64,000 nt of DNA from Squalus acanthias (lineage: Eukaryota), in contig CM059432.1 of the NCBI GenBank assembly GCA_030390025.1, positions 52,640,001-52,704,000 of the forward strand, written 5' to 3'. The notes below the pieces were generated by a model. The model worked only from the letters and a program-made list of their open reading frames with translations. It did no database searches and was not told the origin of the DNA. Within the stretch, counting starts at the first letter, position 1; each line of letters begins with the position of its first letter. This document shows positions 38,612 through 52,499 of the stretch, piece after piece. The position numbers were made by a program, and so were the translations under genes.

Positions 38612-39127
38612 CAACAACTACTTGCATTTATATAGCACCTTTTAGCGTAGTAAAATGTCCAAAGGCACCGAACCACATAAGGAGAATTTAGAGAGATCAC
38701 CAAGAGCTTGGTCAAAGAGGTAACTTTTAAGAAGCGTCTTAAAGGAGGGTAGAGACAAGAGGTTTAGGGAGGGAATTCCAGGGCTTGGGGCCTAGGCAGC
38801 TGAAAGCACGGCTCCCAGTGGTGGAGCAGTTAAAATCGGGGATGCACAAGAGGCCAGAATTGGAGGAGCACTGAGGGTTGTAGGGCTGGAGGAGGTTAGC
38901 GATGGGGAGGAGTGAGGCCATAGAGGGATTTGAAAACCAGGATGAGAATTTTAAAATTGAGGTGTTGCTGGACCGGGAGCCAATGTCTGTCAGTGAGCAC
39001 AGGGGTGATGGGTGAACAGGACTTGGTGTGAGATAGGACACAGGCAGCTGAGTTTTGGATGAGCTCAAGTTTATGGAGGGTGGAAGATGGGAGGCCAGCC
39101 AGGAGAGCATTGGAGTAGCCAAGTCTA
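38612..39127 (-). mobile_element. L2 3' end
   Basis: Reverse complement of the L2 3' ends at 26.7-27.2 kb and 54.5-55.0 kb. Confidence 0.9.
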
Positions 39128-40598
39128 AAGATATATCTACGGATAGATCAGTACCTTGATTTAACTACTCAATTTGCTTGAATTCTGGTTATCAGTTGAA
39201 TTCAACAATATTGCACACAAATATATAATAGATCAGTGGCTCACAAAATACCCAAATATATACATTAAGTAGAATGGAGTTATAATTCTCTCAATCCAAT
39301 CGTGAGGATAATAATTGTGTCTGCGATGATCAAAACCACAGTAACAATTTCTTAATGGTCATTGAAATTGCCCACTTTGAACTTGAGCGAAATACATAGT
39401 CTGCTTCTGTGGTTAAAAAGAAACACAGCAAATTAAAATTCTTGACACAGATCAGGAAGGTCCTCTGATGGATGCCTGATCTATGCTGAATTTGTTGGGG
39501 CAGCACAATGGCTTCTAAGCTCAGGAAGGTAAAATTATCCAATGATCTTTCCCTGATCACTCATCAGTGAGCTGTGGTGAAAAGTGCGCAATTGTGGATG
39601 TTGAGTGGGGATAGGACCAGACCTAACTATGATAGCCTTCCAGCACTTGCTGTAGGCTCTCACCTAGCCACCAGGGCAAGCTGCTGGTGGCCATGGAATC
39701 CTAACCCAGCATAAGTCACTGCTTTCAGGAGAGATGGGGAAAGATATGTCTTTCACTTCATTTAAGTGTGTGGTTGTCTGTTTCAAACTATTCAAAATTT
39801 ATACACAGACCATTTTCCAAAGTATTTGACAGATTTTCTTTTGTTTACAAATATATGCCACTGTGATAGTGTAATCGGACCACTTGTGCATTATGCGCTG
39901 CCTGAAAAGGTGGTGGAGGCAGGTTCAATCGTAGCTTTCAAAAGGCAATTGGATAAGTACCTGAAGGAAAAACGGGCCGAATGGCCTCCTTCTGCGCTGT
40001 AACCATTCTATGATTCACTGCCCGTTTTACCTGCCCAATCAAAAAGAATTTCAAACAGTTTTTTTCATTCCTTGTTTGTGCATATTGATTTGTTGGCTAA
40101 TCATTTCTGGATCACTCGTCATTTGGTTTCTTTGCTTTGCAAGAGATTTCATTTGAGTATTCATTAAGTGTAACTTGAATGGAACATTGTGGAAGTGACT
40201 CTTTCCCACCACAAACTCCATTCCCTAAGTACTAATGTTTACTTGAGAGAGAAAACAACACCGTAGATAACTTGAATGCTGAAAAAAAAATCTGAGAAAG
40301 GGGATTACACTACGCCTTTTTGTCTCTAGGACTTTGGTTTGAATCCAACTCTGATTACAATATATCTTTCCAAAATTCACAAAGTGTTTGTCCTCCCAAT
40401 CCTGTTTTGTGGCTTTATGATTTTTTAGCACCTCGTCTAGGTTCCCAGAACCCTCCAGTGTGTGTATTGAAAGCAATCATTAAGGTAGTCGTGGTTTAGA
40501 AAAATTTGAAACACTTGCAAATATTTTCAGTATTATATATTTATGAATAATTTTATAAGAATGAAATAAAGCATATGCAATTATTTTCTTTTATCCAG

Positions 40599-40703
40599 GG
40601 GATTGGTATACTCTTTGAAGGAAAATGAGTTAAAAGAATCTCCAACCTTTCACCATGAGGTCAATTACCCATATTCTGATGGTGATTTGTCTCCAAATGA
40701 GAG
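40599..40703 (+). CDS. LPIN2: Lipin-2 exon (R)GLVYSLKENELKESPTFHHEVNYPYSDGDLSPNE
   Basis: TTATCCAG acceptor, GAG|GTACGT donor, 105 nt, phase 2/2; YPxSDGDxSP motif. Confidence 0.9.
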
Positions 40704-42113
40704 GTACGTAATACAACCCTAAATCAAAGCACATTATAACATTAAACCATTTTTTCTCCTGCTTTTGATGTTTTTTTAAATAAAATATTACATATTCATT
40801 AATCTAACAGAGAGACTCTAAAATTACAGACAATTGTCCTTGTGACGTGAAACCTGCTAGTATGAGTTAAACTCACTGATGTCATCTCAGTTATGCTGTC
40901 CAGTTTATAACCAGTTAGGCTTCCTGGCCTCCCTGAAACCTAGAATACCACTATGTCTGCACCAACAAGTGCATGCTATGTTGTGCATCACACAAACGTC
41001 TGTAGTAATTGAGTTTTTATAGAAGCCTACATGAGCAGTGTGATTTTGATGCACAAAGATTATATATATATGAGCACAAAGGGTCAGCTTAATGGATAGG
41101 TGTACCACAAAATCCTAATATAATAAACCTTTGTCAAAATACAATAGAGTGAGGGTCATTTTTCACTAGTCATACATCTTTAGTCAAGGACCTTAGAAAT
41201 GATTGGGATATTGTATGGACTAAATGTCCGTTCATGGTGAACCACTTGAGCACCTCTGGCTTTTAAATAGAATTAGTATTTCACAAACTCCTAATGCCAT
41301 TGTAGGAAATTGCTACGATTTCCAACTGTGGCAATTCATTTGTGCAGTACTGTGTATTTGCAAAACTGTTTTCTAGATCTGCCACAGTTGTATGCACGCT
41401 GTGATCTTTACTACCAGAAATGGACCTGAGAATTCTGAGCGCAAATCAAGTTTTGTCCTTGGCTGGTAAGAAATTTTGGACAACTGCTAAATAAATATTT
41501 GGCAGTTTTGCGAGTAGAGAGTTCCCCTTAGCTCAGTGGGCAGATACAGGACTGAGCCAAATAGATCGGGAAGTTCCAGATTTGTTTCTTGATCTGTGCC
41601 GAGTTGGTAGATCTCATTCTGAGCAGCAGCGGAGTCCTGTAGTTGGCCAGGTCTCCCACTCCTAATTGGTATTCAGGATGTTCACATGTTGATGTCTGGT
41701 TAGCATCAGCACCCTGAACTTGTAGTTTTCACTGTGCAGGGTTACGAATGAAGAATGGTTACTTTTGAGGTGCTGGTTTGTGCTAATCTCTGCTGAGGCA
41801 TTCTACCTCTGTTATTGGGTGAGGGAGGGTAAGAGTTAGCTTACAGTTCTTGCTTCTAATTGCTACCCCTGCTATAGTGTGCGGACAGGATGACGCTTAT
41901 ATAGGCTCGCACATGAAAAATGACCACTTGGACAAGATCCTAGAAAGCTGGCTGTGTCCATCAAAATTGACCCCAACATGAGTTTTAGATTTCGAGTAAA
42001 ATAATTACAAGTCACTTAGAACCGTTGCTGACAGATTTGTTTGCTTGTTCTGAAATATGATGTATTCCATTGCAAATGCAGTTTTTTTTTTCTTTTGTTT
42101 TTCTCTCATTTAG

Positions 42114-42237
42114 CATATCCATTTCCCAGCCCTTTTCCCCTAAAAGTGACTCGGAATTAATGGTGAAACCATCTGATCTGCTGATGTCTGAGTCCCACAT
42201 GCGGTGGTCGTGGGGAGAATTTCCAGAATCAACAAGG
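42114..42237 (+). CDS. LPIN2: Lipin-2 exon (S)[41 protein letters not shown]
   Basis: Long pyrimidine tract with TAG, AGG|GTAATG donor, 124 nt, phase 2/0; PKSDSEL and MxWxWGxFPES motifs. Confidence 0.95.
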
Positions 42238-42672
42238 GTAATGAATTTAATTGAATTCTTAATATCCCAGCTAGAATTACACTTTGGCATTATTAGAATG
42301 AATATTGGCAAACAAAACTACAGCTATACATTAGATGGTTAGTATCTTTTCTAATTGAGATATTGCCATAAAAGCATAAGTGCATAATTCTGACATTCAT
42401 AAAGCATCGTGATAAAGATCTAGGAAACTAGATGAATTTATGGGTCTTCAGGAATTTAAAAAAAAAAACCCTTGCATGAAGATTGTGATTATTTTAATGG
42501 TTGAAGTCCTCTTTATAGTTGAACTCGCAAGATATTTGAATCTTCTGACCCAAAGGTGTTAACTATACTGACTGCAGGAAAGAGTAGAATTGAGGTCTGG
42601 AAAAGGAAGTTCCAATAATTAAGAGCTAGGTTAAAGAGCAAGAAGTCATTTTCAGGATTACTCCTAGTATTG

Positions 42673-43123
42673 AAAGAAAGACTGACTTGCATTTATATAG
42701 CGCCTTTCACGACCACCGGGCGTCCCAAAGCGCTTTACAGCCAATCAAGTACTTTTTGAAGTGTAGTCACTGTTGTAATGTAGGAAACGCAGCAGCCAAT
42801 TTGTGCACAGCAAGCTCCCACAAACAGCAATGTGATAATGACCAGATAACCTGTTTGTGATGTTGATTGAAGGCTAAATATTGGCAAGGATAACTCCCCT
42901 GCTTTTCTTCAAAATAGTGCCATGGGATCCACCTGAGAGAGCAGACGGGGCCTCGATTTAACGTCTCCTCAGGAAGACTGCACCTCTGACAGTGCAGCAC
43001 TCCCTCAGTACTGCACTGGAGTGTCAGCCTAGATTTTTGTGCTCAAGTACCTGGAGTGGGACTTGAACCCACAACTTTCTGATGTGGAGGCGAGAGTGTT
43101 GCCAACTTAGCCACAGCTGACAC
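42673..43123 (-). mobile_element. tRNA-derived SINE with L2-like tail, near full length; fragments also at about 840-1052 and 5740-5822
   Basis: Minus strand has A-box TGGCTAAGTTGG and B-box GGTTCAAGTCC; 3' end GCGCTATATAAATGCAAGT shared with L2. Confidence 0.88.
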
Positions 43124-44109
43124 TATTGCATACTACTCCATATAGAAACAGCAAGATAAAGGAGATAAATGCAGGACTGGAGAGATGGTATAGGAGGGAA
43201 GGGTTCACATTCCTGGGACAAATCCTGGGGTAGTGTGTTCTGCAAAGATTGGATGGGCATCACCTGTACAGACCAATGTTCTTGCTGGGTAAGCAACTAC
43301 TGCTTATGAGGAAGATTTAAAGTAATATGGAAAGGGAGAGATAAGAAACAACATAGAAGCAGAAAGGAAAAACCAGTGCCATTTTATGTTTTATAAGAAG
43401 GGGCATTGAATACAGAAGTAATGATGAATTTGTACAAGTAAATCATGAGGCCACTGTTAGCATATTTCATTTCAAAATTGTCACTGATTGGAGAGAAAAG
43501 TTAGGAGAGATTTCTTTATGCAGATGAATTGCTTTGCCACAGGAAATAGTTGAGACGAAGACTATTGCATTTTTTCAGTGAATAGTTGAATCTAAATATT
43601 TTAAGATTGTTTATCAATGTATGAATGGTGGAAGGATAGTGTTTTTTGATGATGCATCCTAACACGCTATTTGCTTTCACAGTAGTCTTGCAGCACTGGT
43701 CATGGACCTTCAATAAATCATGCACTAAACCCCCAGGTGCTGCTTCTCACTCAGCATCCTTGTGCACACAATCCTGCATCGTGCCTTTATACAAGACTCG
43801 AGTCATTCCGCATCACACCCAGATCTGTCTGTATTCTTTTCATCTAAGTTCCTTGCATCCCCACGTATCTCGCATCATCTGCAAACTTGTGATTAGTTCC
43901 CCCCCCTCCCCAATGCCTCCATTGATGAAGAGCTTTTGCCATTGGTTCATAATTCTACTCATCTTCCATTCACCTGAACTGGTTTACATTGTGACTATTT
44001 GATTACTTAAATAAAATGTTTTAATTCATGCTTTTCTAAGTCGGTAAAAGTGAAATTGTTTCCTTAAGGCACAAGTGGAATTGCAAAATGTTTGATTTGA
44101 ACTTTACAG

Positions 44110-44473
44110 GTTAATAAAAGGGAGAGACTGGAACAGCCAAAAACCTTTACTATTACACCATCTGAAAACACTCACTTCAGGGTTATTCTCAGTTCTGATG
44201 CCATGGATTTGGATGTCATCGTTGGGGAAAGCACAACTCATACAGTATTAAAACCTGAGCCTAGAGCGCTTGTGAACATTAGCCAGACCGTTACTGACAG
44301 TGGAGTTGCATCTTCTGAGGAAATTCCCGTTGACGTACTTTCACAATCCCCACATTCAGAGAGTATCCCAGCAGCTGGAGTCTCTGTAATGTCTCAGATG
44401 GACAGCTCCCCTACAGACCCTGGAATACCGACTCCAGCCATTACAAAATTAGATTCTCCATCAAAGAAAAAAG
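44110..44473 (+). CDS. LPIN2: Lipin-2 exon VNKRERLEQPKTFTITPSENTHFRVI...KLDSPSKKK
   Basis: TTACAG acceptor, G|GTAATG donor, 364 nt, phase 0/1; TITPSENTHFRVI and DSPSKKKG are lipin-2-like. Confidence 0.95.
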
Positions 44474-45341
44474 GTAATGTCTTTGCATAGGGTTCCCACT
44501 AACACTATTTTGTTTCTTTAAGAGGATATGAGCATGTGATAATTAATCTGTATATTACTGATTTGTATTGCTTAACATCAATGGGTGAGATATCCAAATG
44601 AAACATTTATTTTTGGAATTTCATTTTAATAGCCCAAGAATGTAGTTAAGTTGATTTCCTACCCAGTGCCGCTGGAATTCTGAGACATCAATGGAGATGC
44701 AGGGATATTTGTTCAACTTAAGTAATTATTTACACAGTGGTATGAAACCTTGCTTTTTGCTGCAAAACTCTCCTTGAGGCACAGCATGTCCATCCATGCC
44801 CACTTTGAAACAATGTTAAGTGATAGGATTTGGCTGTGTTCCATGCATTTAAAATGTAACTTAAGTATTATGGGACCTGTTTCAAAGTGCATTGTTTTGT
44901 TATCCATGGCACTGTGCTCAGTTTTATCTGTGCTGTAGCCAGTTTACAGTTCAGTTTCAGGAAAAGGACTGGAATGCAGTCAAGCTGGGCAGACTATTAA
45001 TAAAGGAATAAAATGTTTTAGAAGCATTTGCAAAATGGTGAATTACCAAAGAGAAAAGATGCTAAATGCTCACTCCACTTTGCACGTCAGAAAACAAAGA
45101 TGCTTATCACGTACAAGACCTGATCTCTAACATTTTAAAACTTTTAGGCCTGCATGCAGAGAATTTTTTTTGCAACTTTGTGGGTTGGGGCGCATGGAAG
45201 TGAGTCTGCTTCCCTTGCACCAGGAAAGTAAATCAAGGGAGGGAATTAGGATTTTTACATAATTTCAAGAGTGTGGAAAGCTGTTGGAGATAGCAGCTTT
45301 GTGGTTTCTGTTATGAAATGTAATTTTGTATATTTATGTAG

Positions 45342-45441
45342 GTCTCCATAAACGAAGTCAGCATCAGGGACCTGATGACATTTATTTGGATGATCTGACT
45401 GTTTTGGAACCTGAAGTTGCTGCTCGCTATTTTCCCAAAAG
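45342..45441 (+). CDS. LPIN2: Lipin-2 exon (G)[32 protein letters not shown]
   Basis: TAG acceptor, AG|GTACCA donor, 100 nt, phase 1/2; [17 protein letters not shown] matches lipin-2. Confidence 0.96.
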
Positions 45442-46917
45442 GTACCACGTTGTCTCCCTGTGTATGTAAAGATTCCCTTGATGGGCTGGTTTGGGAATGC
45501 TGAGATAGGGAAAGTCCTAGAGAGAGGTCTGTCATTTTTGGGCTTTGACAGCTTCCAGCGGGTGTGCTGGTAAATGATCCATTTTTTTTCAATTGTTGGG
45601 AGTCAGTTTTTCCTTTTTACAACCAATTCCTTGAGAGTATGATGATAGATTCGAGGGTGGGAGTGAAAGAATACAAGAAATTATCTTGCCGGTTTTATAG
45701 TGTATTTCCTGCTAAATATATGCCTAATCCGAAGCCCTGCCTCATGCTGACAACCATTGTAGGAGGGTGAATAGTCTTTGGAATACCCAGGGTGTTTCCA
45801 GTAAAATTGGCATCCAAGTGAATTCACCAGGATGGTGAACACATTGAAAATACACAATTATGCAGGGAAGTTAGTAAGGGGGGTATGTCATTGTTTAAAT
45901 CCAGACTTTCCCTCTACTCATTGTTAAGGCATCATGTCCTGTTAAAGGTATAATGATTATTTCTACTTCTGTACTGCTCAGTGTTTAAATGTTATATTCA
46001 TTTGATGAATCTGATGTCCATGTTCCTCCCCTCCTGGCTTGTGAAAGTACCACTTTTTTTCCATTGGGGAAGGTTTCGCAATTCATCAAATATAGGGGTG
46101 AGAAATGGCTGCTGTTGCTCTGCTGGCTTCCTGACCTTTGTAACCAGCCCTACAATCCCATGCAGCAATGTTCCCTGATTGACCAATGTACCATTTGTAA
46201 GTGGCTAGATAAAGTTCCAATAAAACATTACAAAGAATGCATGGGGATCGGGCGGGAAAGTGGAGTTGAGGTCAAAGATCAGCCATGATCTTATTGAATG
46301 GCGGTGCAGGCTCGAAGAGCCGTGTGGCCTACCCCTGCTCTTCTTATGTTCTTATGAAAACAACCAATCCCCATGAAAACAACCAATCCCCAGAATGAAG
46401 AGTTAGCAAAAGCTACCAATAAAAAAGGTGACCTAATATTATTGCTCAGAATATTTTTTAGAAACCTTTTTGGCCGTCATCTTGATTTCTCCACTAAGTT
46501 GGGGATTTAGTACTGGTTAAAAAGTGAAAAACATAATGATTTACAAAATTTATAAGGAAGAAATTAAACTTGCCCATACAACGATATTTTCTTCATTCAA
46601 AATGTGTTTTCTGTTGGAAGCTGATGTCTGTCTTAGAAGCCTAAGTTATAAGTTTGCACTTTCCACTGAAGAAGCTAGTGTACAATTCCTGTTAATCACA
46701 CTGGTTGCACTACACAGTACACTTTAAAAAAAATCTCTCTTGCACATCAAAAAAAAAATGAAGAAACAGTAAACTAACAAAATACCAGTGGTGATTGTTG
46801 ATCCACTGGCAGAGTCCAAGGGGATAGTTATTGTGTCAGCCGTGTCTCCGTTAGTAGCGCCCTCACCTCTGAGTCAGTAAGGTTGTGGGTTGAGGAAGTG
46901 CTGCACTGTTGGAGGTC

Positions 46918-49900
46918 ATAGTCATAACGGCACAGAAGGAGGCCATTCGGCCCATCGAGTCCATGCCAGCTCTCTGTAGAGCAATCCAGTCAGTCCCATT
47001 CCCCTGCTCTAGCCCTGTAGCCCTGCAAGTTTATTTCCCTCGAGTGCCTATCCAGTCTCCCCTTGAAAACATTGAGTGTGTCTGCTTCCGTCAGCAGCGA
47101 GTTCCAGGTCCTCACCACTCGCTGCGTAAAAATGTTTTTCCTTGCATCCCCCCTGTATCTCTTGCCCAAAACCTTAAATCTGTGTCCCCTAGTCCTTGTA
47201 CCATCAACTAATGGGAACAGCCTTTCCCTGTCTAGCCTATCCAATCCCGTCATAATCTTGTACATCTCTATCAAATCACCCCTCAACCTCCTTTGCTCTA
47301 ATGAAAACAAATCCAGTTTCTCCAACCTGTCCTTGTAGCTAAGATCCCCCATCCCCGGAACCATTCTAGTAAATCTCCTCTGCGCCCTCTCAAGGGCCTT
47401 CACATCCTTCCTAAAGTGTGGTGACCAGAACTGGATGCAATACTCCAATTGTGGCCTAACCAGCGCTTTATAAAGGTTCAGCATAACTTCTGTACTCAAT
47501 ATCTCCTATTTATGAAGCCCAAGATCCCATATGCTTTGGTAACCACTCTCAATATGTCCCGCCACCTTTAGGGACCTATGCACATTAACTCCCAGGTCCC
47601 TCTGTCCCTGCACACTCTGTAAAACTGCCATTAACTGTATATTGCCTCTCCCTGATCCTTCTGCCAAAATGCATCACCTCACACTTCTCTGTATTAAATT
47701 CCATCTGCCACTTGTCTGCCCATTCTGCTAGCCTTTCTATGTCCTGTTGCAGTCGATTGATATCATCACTGTTTGCCACACCCCCAAGTTTGGTGTCATC
47801 GGCAAATTTAGAAATTCTACTCTCTCCCAATATCCAGGTCATTTTATTTTTCATTTATTTATTTATTTACAAAAAAGCAGTGGCCCCAGCACTGACCCTT
47901 GGGGAACACCACTGTCCACCATCCTCCAGTCTGAAAAACAGCCATTTACCACAACTCGCTGTTTTCTGTCCTTAAGCCAATTCCTTATCCAAGCTGCACT
48001 GACCCACCTATTCCATGAGCCTCAATTTTGTTAACCAGCCTTCTATGTGGTACTTTGTCAAACGCCTTCTGAAAATCCATGTAGACAACATCCATTGCAT
48101 TCCCTTCATCAATCCTCCGTTACTTCATCAAAAAATTCAATTTGATTAGTTAAACACGATCTGCCTTTTACAAATCAGTGTTGGCTCTCCTTAATTAGTT
48201 TCTTCAAGTGCCCGTTAATTTTTTTCCTTGATTATTGTTTCTAAAACTTTACCCACCACTGATGTTAAACTGACCGGCCTGTAGTTACTACGATTATCCT
48301 TACACCCTTTTTTGAACAATGGTGTCACATTTGCCACTTTCCAATCCTCAGGCACCTCCCCCGCATCTAGGGAAGATTGGAAAATTATGGCAAGCCTGTC
48401 CGCTATCTCCTCCCCCAATTCCCTTAGCAACCTGGGATGCAAGCCATCTGGACCAGGCGACTTGTTCACTCTAAGCATACCCAGCCTTTCTAGTACATCC
48501 TGTCTATCAATTTTCACCCCTTCCATTGCTTCTACCTTTTCCACTTTTACTGATATTTTGTCAGCATCCACCTCCTTAGTAAACACCGATACAAAGTACT
48601 CATTGAGTATTCTAGCCTTGCCCTGCGCCTCTAAGCATATATCACCACCTTTGTCCCTAATCGGTCCCACCCCGCCTCTTACTACCTGCTTACTGTTTAC
48701 ATGCCCGTAGAAGGTTTTTGGGTTCCCTTTTATGTTAACTGCCATTCTACACTCGTATTCTCTCTTTGCCAATCTTATTTTCATCTGCACTTCCCCACTC
48801 AACTTATTGTATTTGGTCTGGTTCTCTCTTGAAGAATTCACCTGACATGCATCATACAATCTCATACACCCTCTTTTGTTTCATCATCATCTCTATCTCC
48901 CTCATCATCCAAGGAGCCCTTGCTTTGGTTCCCTTACCCTTCCCTCTTGTTGGAATGTACCTAGCCTGTACTTGGAACATCTCCTCCTTAAAGATCACCC
49001 ATTGTTCCGTTAGTTTTTCCTGTCAGTCTTTGGTTCCATTTTACTCTGGCTAGATCCTTTTGCATCCCACTGAAGTTAGCCCTCTTCCAGTTTAGAAGTT
49101 CCACTCTAGATTGTTCCTTGCTCCTCTCCATTGCTAATCTAAATCTTATGATACGATGATCACTCGTACCCAAGTGTTCTCCCACAGACACTTGGTCAAC
49201 CTGGCCCACCTCATTCCCCAGCACCAGATCCAGCAATGTCTCCTTCCTTGTTGGGCCAAGAAAATACTGGTCAAGGAAATTCTCCTGAATACATTTCAGA
49301 AATTCCTCCCCCTCCTTTTCTACCCTAGCATTATCCCAATTGATATTTGGGTAATTAAAGTCCCCCAATATCACCACTCTATAGCTCTTGCATATCTCTG
49401 CGATTTCCCTGCAGATTTGCTCCTCTACTTCCCCCTCACTATTTGGAGGCCTATAGAATGCCCCCAATAGCGTGATCATACCCTTTTTGCTCCTCAACTC
49501 TAACAAAATGGATTCTGTCTTTGTCCCCTCAGAAACATTCTCCCTTTCCAACCCTACAATGTCTTCCTTAATCAGCACTGCCACCCCACCTCCCTTTTTT
49601 CCTTCCCTATCTTTTCTGAACACCTTGTACCCTTGAATATTAAGTGCCCAGTCCTCACCGTTTTTAAGCCACGTTTCTGTTATTGCCACAACATCATATT
49701 GCCACGCGGCTAATTGTGCTTGTAGCTCGCCAACCTTATTCACCACACTTTGTGCGTTTACGTACATGCATTCTAAACCCATTTTTGAATTTTCCGTAGT
49801 TTTCCCCGTCCGCTCCTATCTAATATAGTACTACTTTCTTCTCTAGTACTATCCAACACGCTCACTCTTTTACGCACCTTATTCCTCTTTTCTACTCCTT

Positions 49901-50285
49901 TATGCTGGTGCCCATCCCCCTGCCAAGCTAGTTTAAACCCTCCCCAACAGCACTAGCAAACCTCCCCGTGAGAATATTGGTCCTGGCTCTGTTGAGGTGT
50001 AACCCGTCCGGCTTGTACAGATCCCACCTTCCCAGAAATGGTCCCAATGCCTCGGGAATCTAAAGCCCTCCCTCCTGCACCATCTCTCCAGCCATGCATT
50101 CATCTGTTCTATCCTCCTATTCCTGTACTCACTAGCACGTGGCACCGGGAGTAATCCGGAGATGGTTACCTTTTGAGGTCCTGCTTTTTAATCTCTTTCC
50201 TAGCTCCCTATAGTCTGCCTGCAGGACCTCATCCCTCTTTCTGCCTATGTCGTTGGTACCGATATGGACAACGACCTCTGGCTGT
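46918..50285 (-). mobile_element. CR1 LINE of about 3.4 kb (ORF1 esterase C-terminus, APE endonuclease, RT), inserted inside a SINE
   Basis: GLHLN-type SGNH remnant at 49933-50280; APE ORF 48988-49782 (ITETWL, GDFNYP, SDH); KFADDTKL; SINE halves at 46834-46917 and 50286-50592. Confidence 0.95.
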
Positions 50286-51057
50286 GTCGTCTTTCAGATG
50301 AGATGTTAAACCAAGGCCCTGTCTGCTCTCAGGTGGATGTAAAAGATCCTGTGACACTATTTTGAAGAAGAGCAGGGGAGTTATCCCCGGTGTCCTGGCC
50401 AATATTTATCCCTCAATCGATATCAATAAAACAGATTATCTGGTCATTATCACATTGCTGTTTGTGGGAGATGGCTGTGCTGAAATTGGCTGCTGCGTTT
50501 CCTACATTACAACAGTGACTACACCACAAAAAATACTTAATTGGCTGTAAAATTGGTGGTCGTGAAAGGCGTATAAATGCAAGTCTTTTTTTATTGGAGG
50601 GGTAAGTGGGATGGTAAGAAAGTTAACTCCCAGCAGGCGCATCGGTAAAAAGGTTGGCAAGAGTGGAGGAATGGCAGTCAGGGATGTTGCTTCCTAAGGA
50701 GACAGAGACTGGTACCTTGAATGGCTCTTCGGAGAGTGCCGAGAGGCGCACAGGGCAGCTTTTCACTTATTCAAGCGGGACACAAGCCTGGGACAGTGGC
50801 AGAAGAGGAGGAAGGCAGAGTAGCGATGAGATTAAGTAAAGATTGGGCATACAAAGTCCCTGACTGGAGAAATGAAAAGTGGCATGACTGGATGGCAGGA
50901 AGGAGAGAAGACAGAAGGGCCCAAGAGCAGTTAAGAGGGCAAAAAATGTGAAATACAAATAATGTGTTCGGGTATGGAGCAACAGCTAAACTGTGCAAGC
51001 AAATGGAGGTAGAACGAATTTGGACTAGATGGGTATGGCAAGAGATTAGATGAGACT

Positions 51058-51726
51058 CTTTTTTCATTCATGGGATGTGGGCGTCGCTGGCAAGGCTAGC
51101 ATTTATTGCCCAACCCTAATTGCCCTCGAAGAGGTGAGCTGCCGCCTTGAACCGCTGCAGTCTGTGTGGTGAAGGTACTACAACAGTGTTGTTGGGTAGG
51201 GAGTTCCAGGATTTTAACTCACCGATGAAGGAACAGCAATATATTTCTAAGTCAGGATGGTATGTGACTTGGAAGGGGAACTTGAAGCTGATGGTGTTCC
51301 CATGCGCCTGCTGCCCTTTCCTTCCAGGTGGTAGAGGTCGTGGGTTTGGGAGGTGCTGTCTAAGAAGCCTTGGCGAGTTGCTGCAGTGCATCTTGTAGAT
51401 GTTACACACTGCAGCCGGTGGTGGAGGGAATGAATGTTTAATGTGGTGGATGGGGTGCCAATCAAGCAGGCTGATTTGTCCTGGATGGTGTCGAGCTTCT
51501 TGAGTGTTGTTGGAGCTGCACTCATCAAGGCAAGTGGAGAGTATTCTATCACACTCCTTACTTGTGCCTTGTAGATGGTGGAAAGGCTTTGGGGAGTTGG
51601 GAGGTGAGTCATTCACCACAGAATACCCAACCTCTGACCTGCTCTTGCAGCCACAGTATTTATGTGGGTAGTCCAGTTGAGTTTCTGGTCAATGGTGACC
51701 TCCAGAATGTTGATGGTGGGGGATTT
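51058..51726 (-). mobile_element. Non-LTR retrotransposon 3' portion (CR1/Jockey-group RT C-terminus; clade not resolved)
   Basis: LEVTIDQKLNWTTHI, IYKAQVRSVIEYS, LDTIQDK; same 3' end as 22604-22835. Confidence 0.85.
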
Positions 51727-51822
51727 GATAATACCTTTGAATGTCCTGGCCTGTACACCCCAGTGCCGTGGGGGATTTGATAATACCTTTGAATGTCCTG
51801 GCCTGTACACCCCAGTGCCGTG
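51716..51822. repeat. Exact 52-bp tandem duplication
   Basis: GTGGGGGATTTGATAATACCTTTGAATGTCCTGGCCTGTACACCCCAGTGCC at 51716 and 51768. Confidence 0.95.
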
Positions 51823-52163
51823 TAGCAGATAGATGAAAAATTGTTGCACTTGGTACCTTTTTAATATTGCAACATCTGTCAGCTCAAAGGTGCCAAATTT
51901 CACTGGATCAAGAACCTCACCAATCACAAAAGCACTCCACAAAACAAGGAACACAAATTCATGGAAGTTATCCCGTCCTTCACTGAGTCCCTCCCGCCGT
52001 CTCCCGTTCTTCAGAGTTGCTCCTACAATGAGTTAGGTGGGGAATTCCAGGATATTAATCCCGCAATGATGTATGTCCAAGTCATGTGTACAACAATGTC
52101 CATTAATGCAATATAGATGCAATATTAGCATTGAAAATTATGGGTTTTTTTCCTCCTCTATAG

Positions 52164-52351
52164 TGAGTTTGACAGCACTTCCAAACGATGGACTGAATCA
52201 GATACACGTTCTGGTTCTCAGTCGCCACAGTCGGTGGGAAGTGCAGCAATGGATAGTGGCACTGAATGCCTCTCTGATTCAGCAGCTGACCTGCCGGATC
52301 TCGTTCTCTCACTCTGTGGGGGTCTCAGTGAAAATACTGAGATTTCCAAAG
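52164..52351 (+). CDS. LPIN2: Lipin-2 exon (S)[62 protein letters not shown]
   Basis: Pyrimidine tract with TAG, G|GTAAGA donor, 188 nt, phase 2/1; SQSPQSVGS and LSLCGGL (start of M-Lip). Confidence 0.96.
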
Positions 52352-52499
52352 GTAAGACAAAAGATGGAAACTGAAGGCTTAGAAAAATTATGGAAGGTTT
52401 AATAGAAAAGTATATGTTCTATATTTTCTCTCATTCCTAAATTTTAAGAGAAGGGAGATGTCTCCTAGTCATCCTTTGTTACCATGATTAACATCAAGT

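Noticed and set aside
43040..43123. tRNA gene
   Set aside because: The A and B boxes belong to the SINE head; no complete cloverleaf is evident.
50640..51055. Purine-rich short ORFs as a nested gene
   Set aside because: No recognisable domain or splice structure; probably an unclassified decayed repeat.
51716..51822. CRISPR-like or regularly spaced repeat array
   Set aside because: Only two adjacent copies without spacers, in eukaryotic intronic DNA; the other short duplications (22063-22105, 30399-30442, 46354-46391) are likewise simple slippage.
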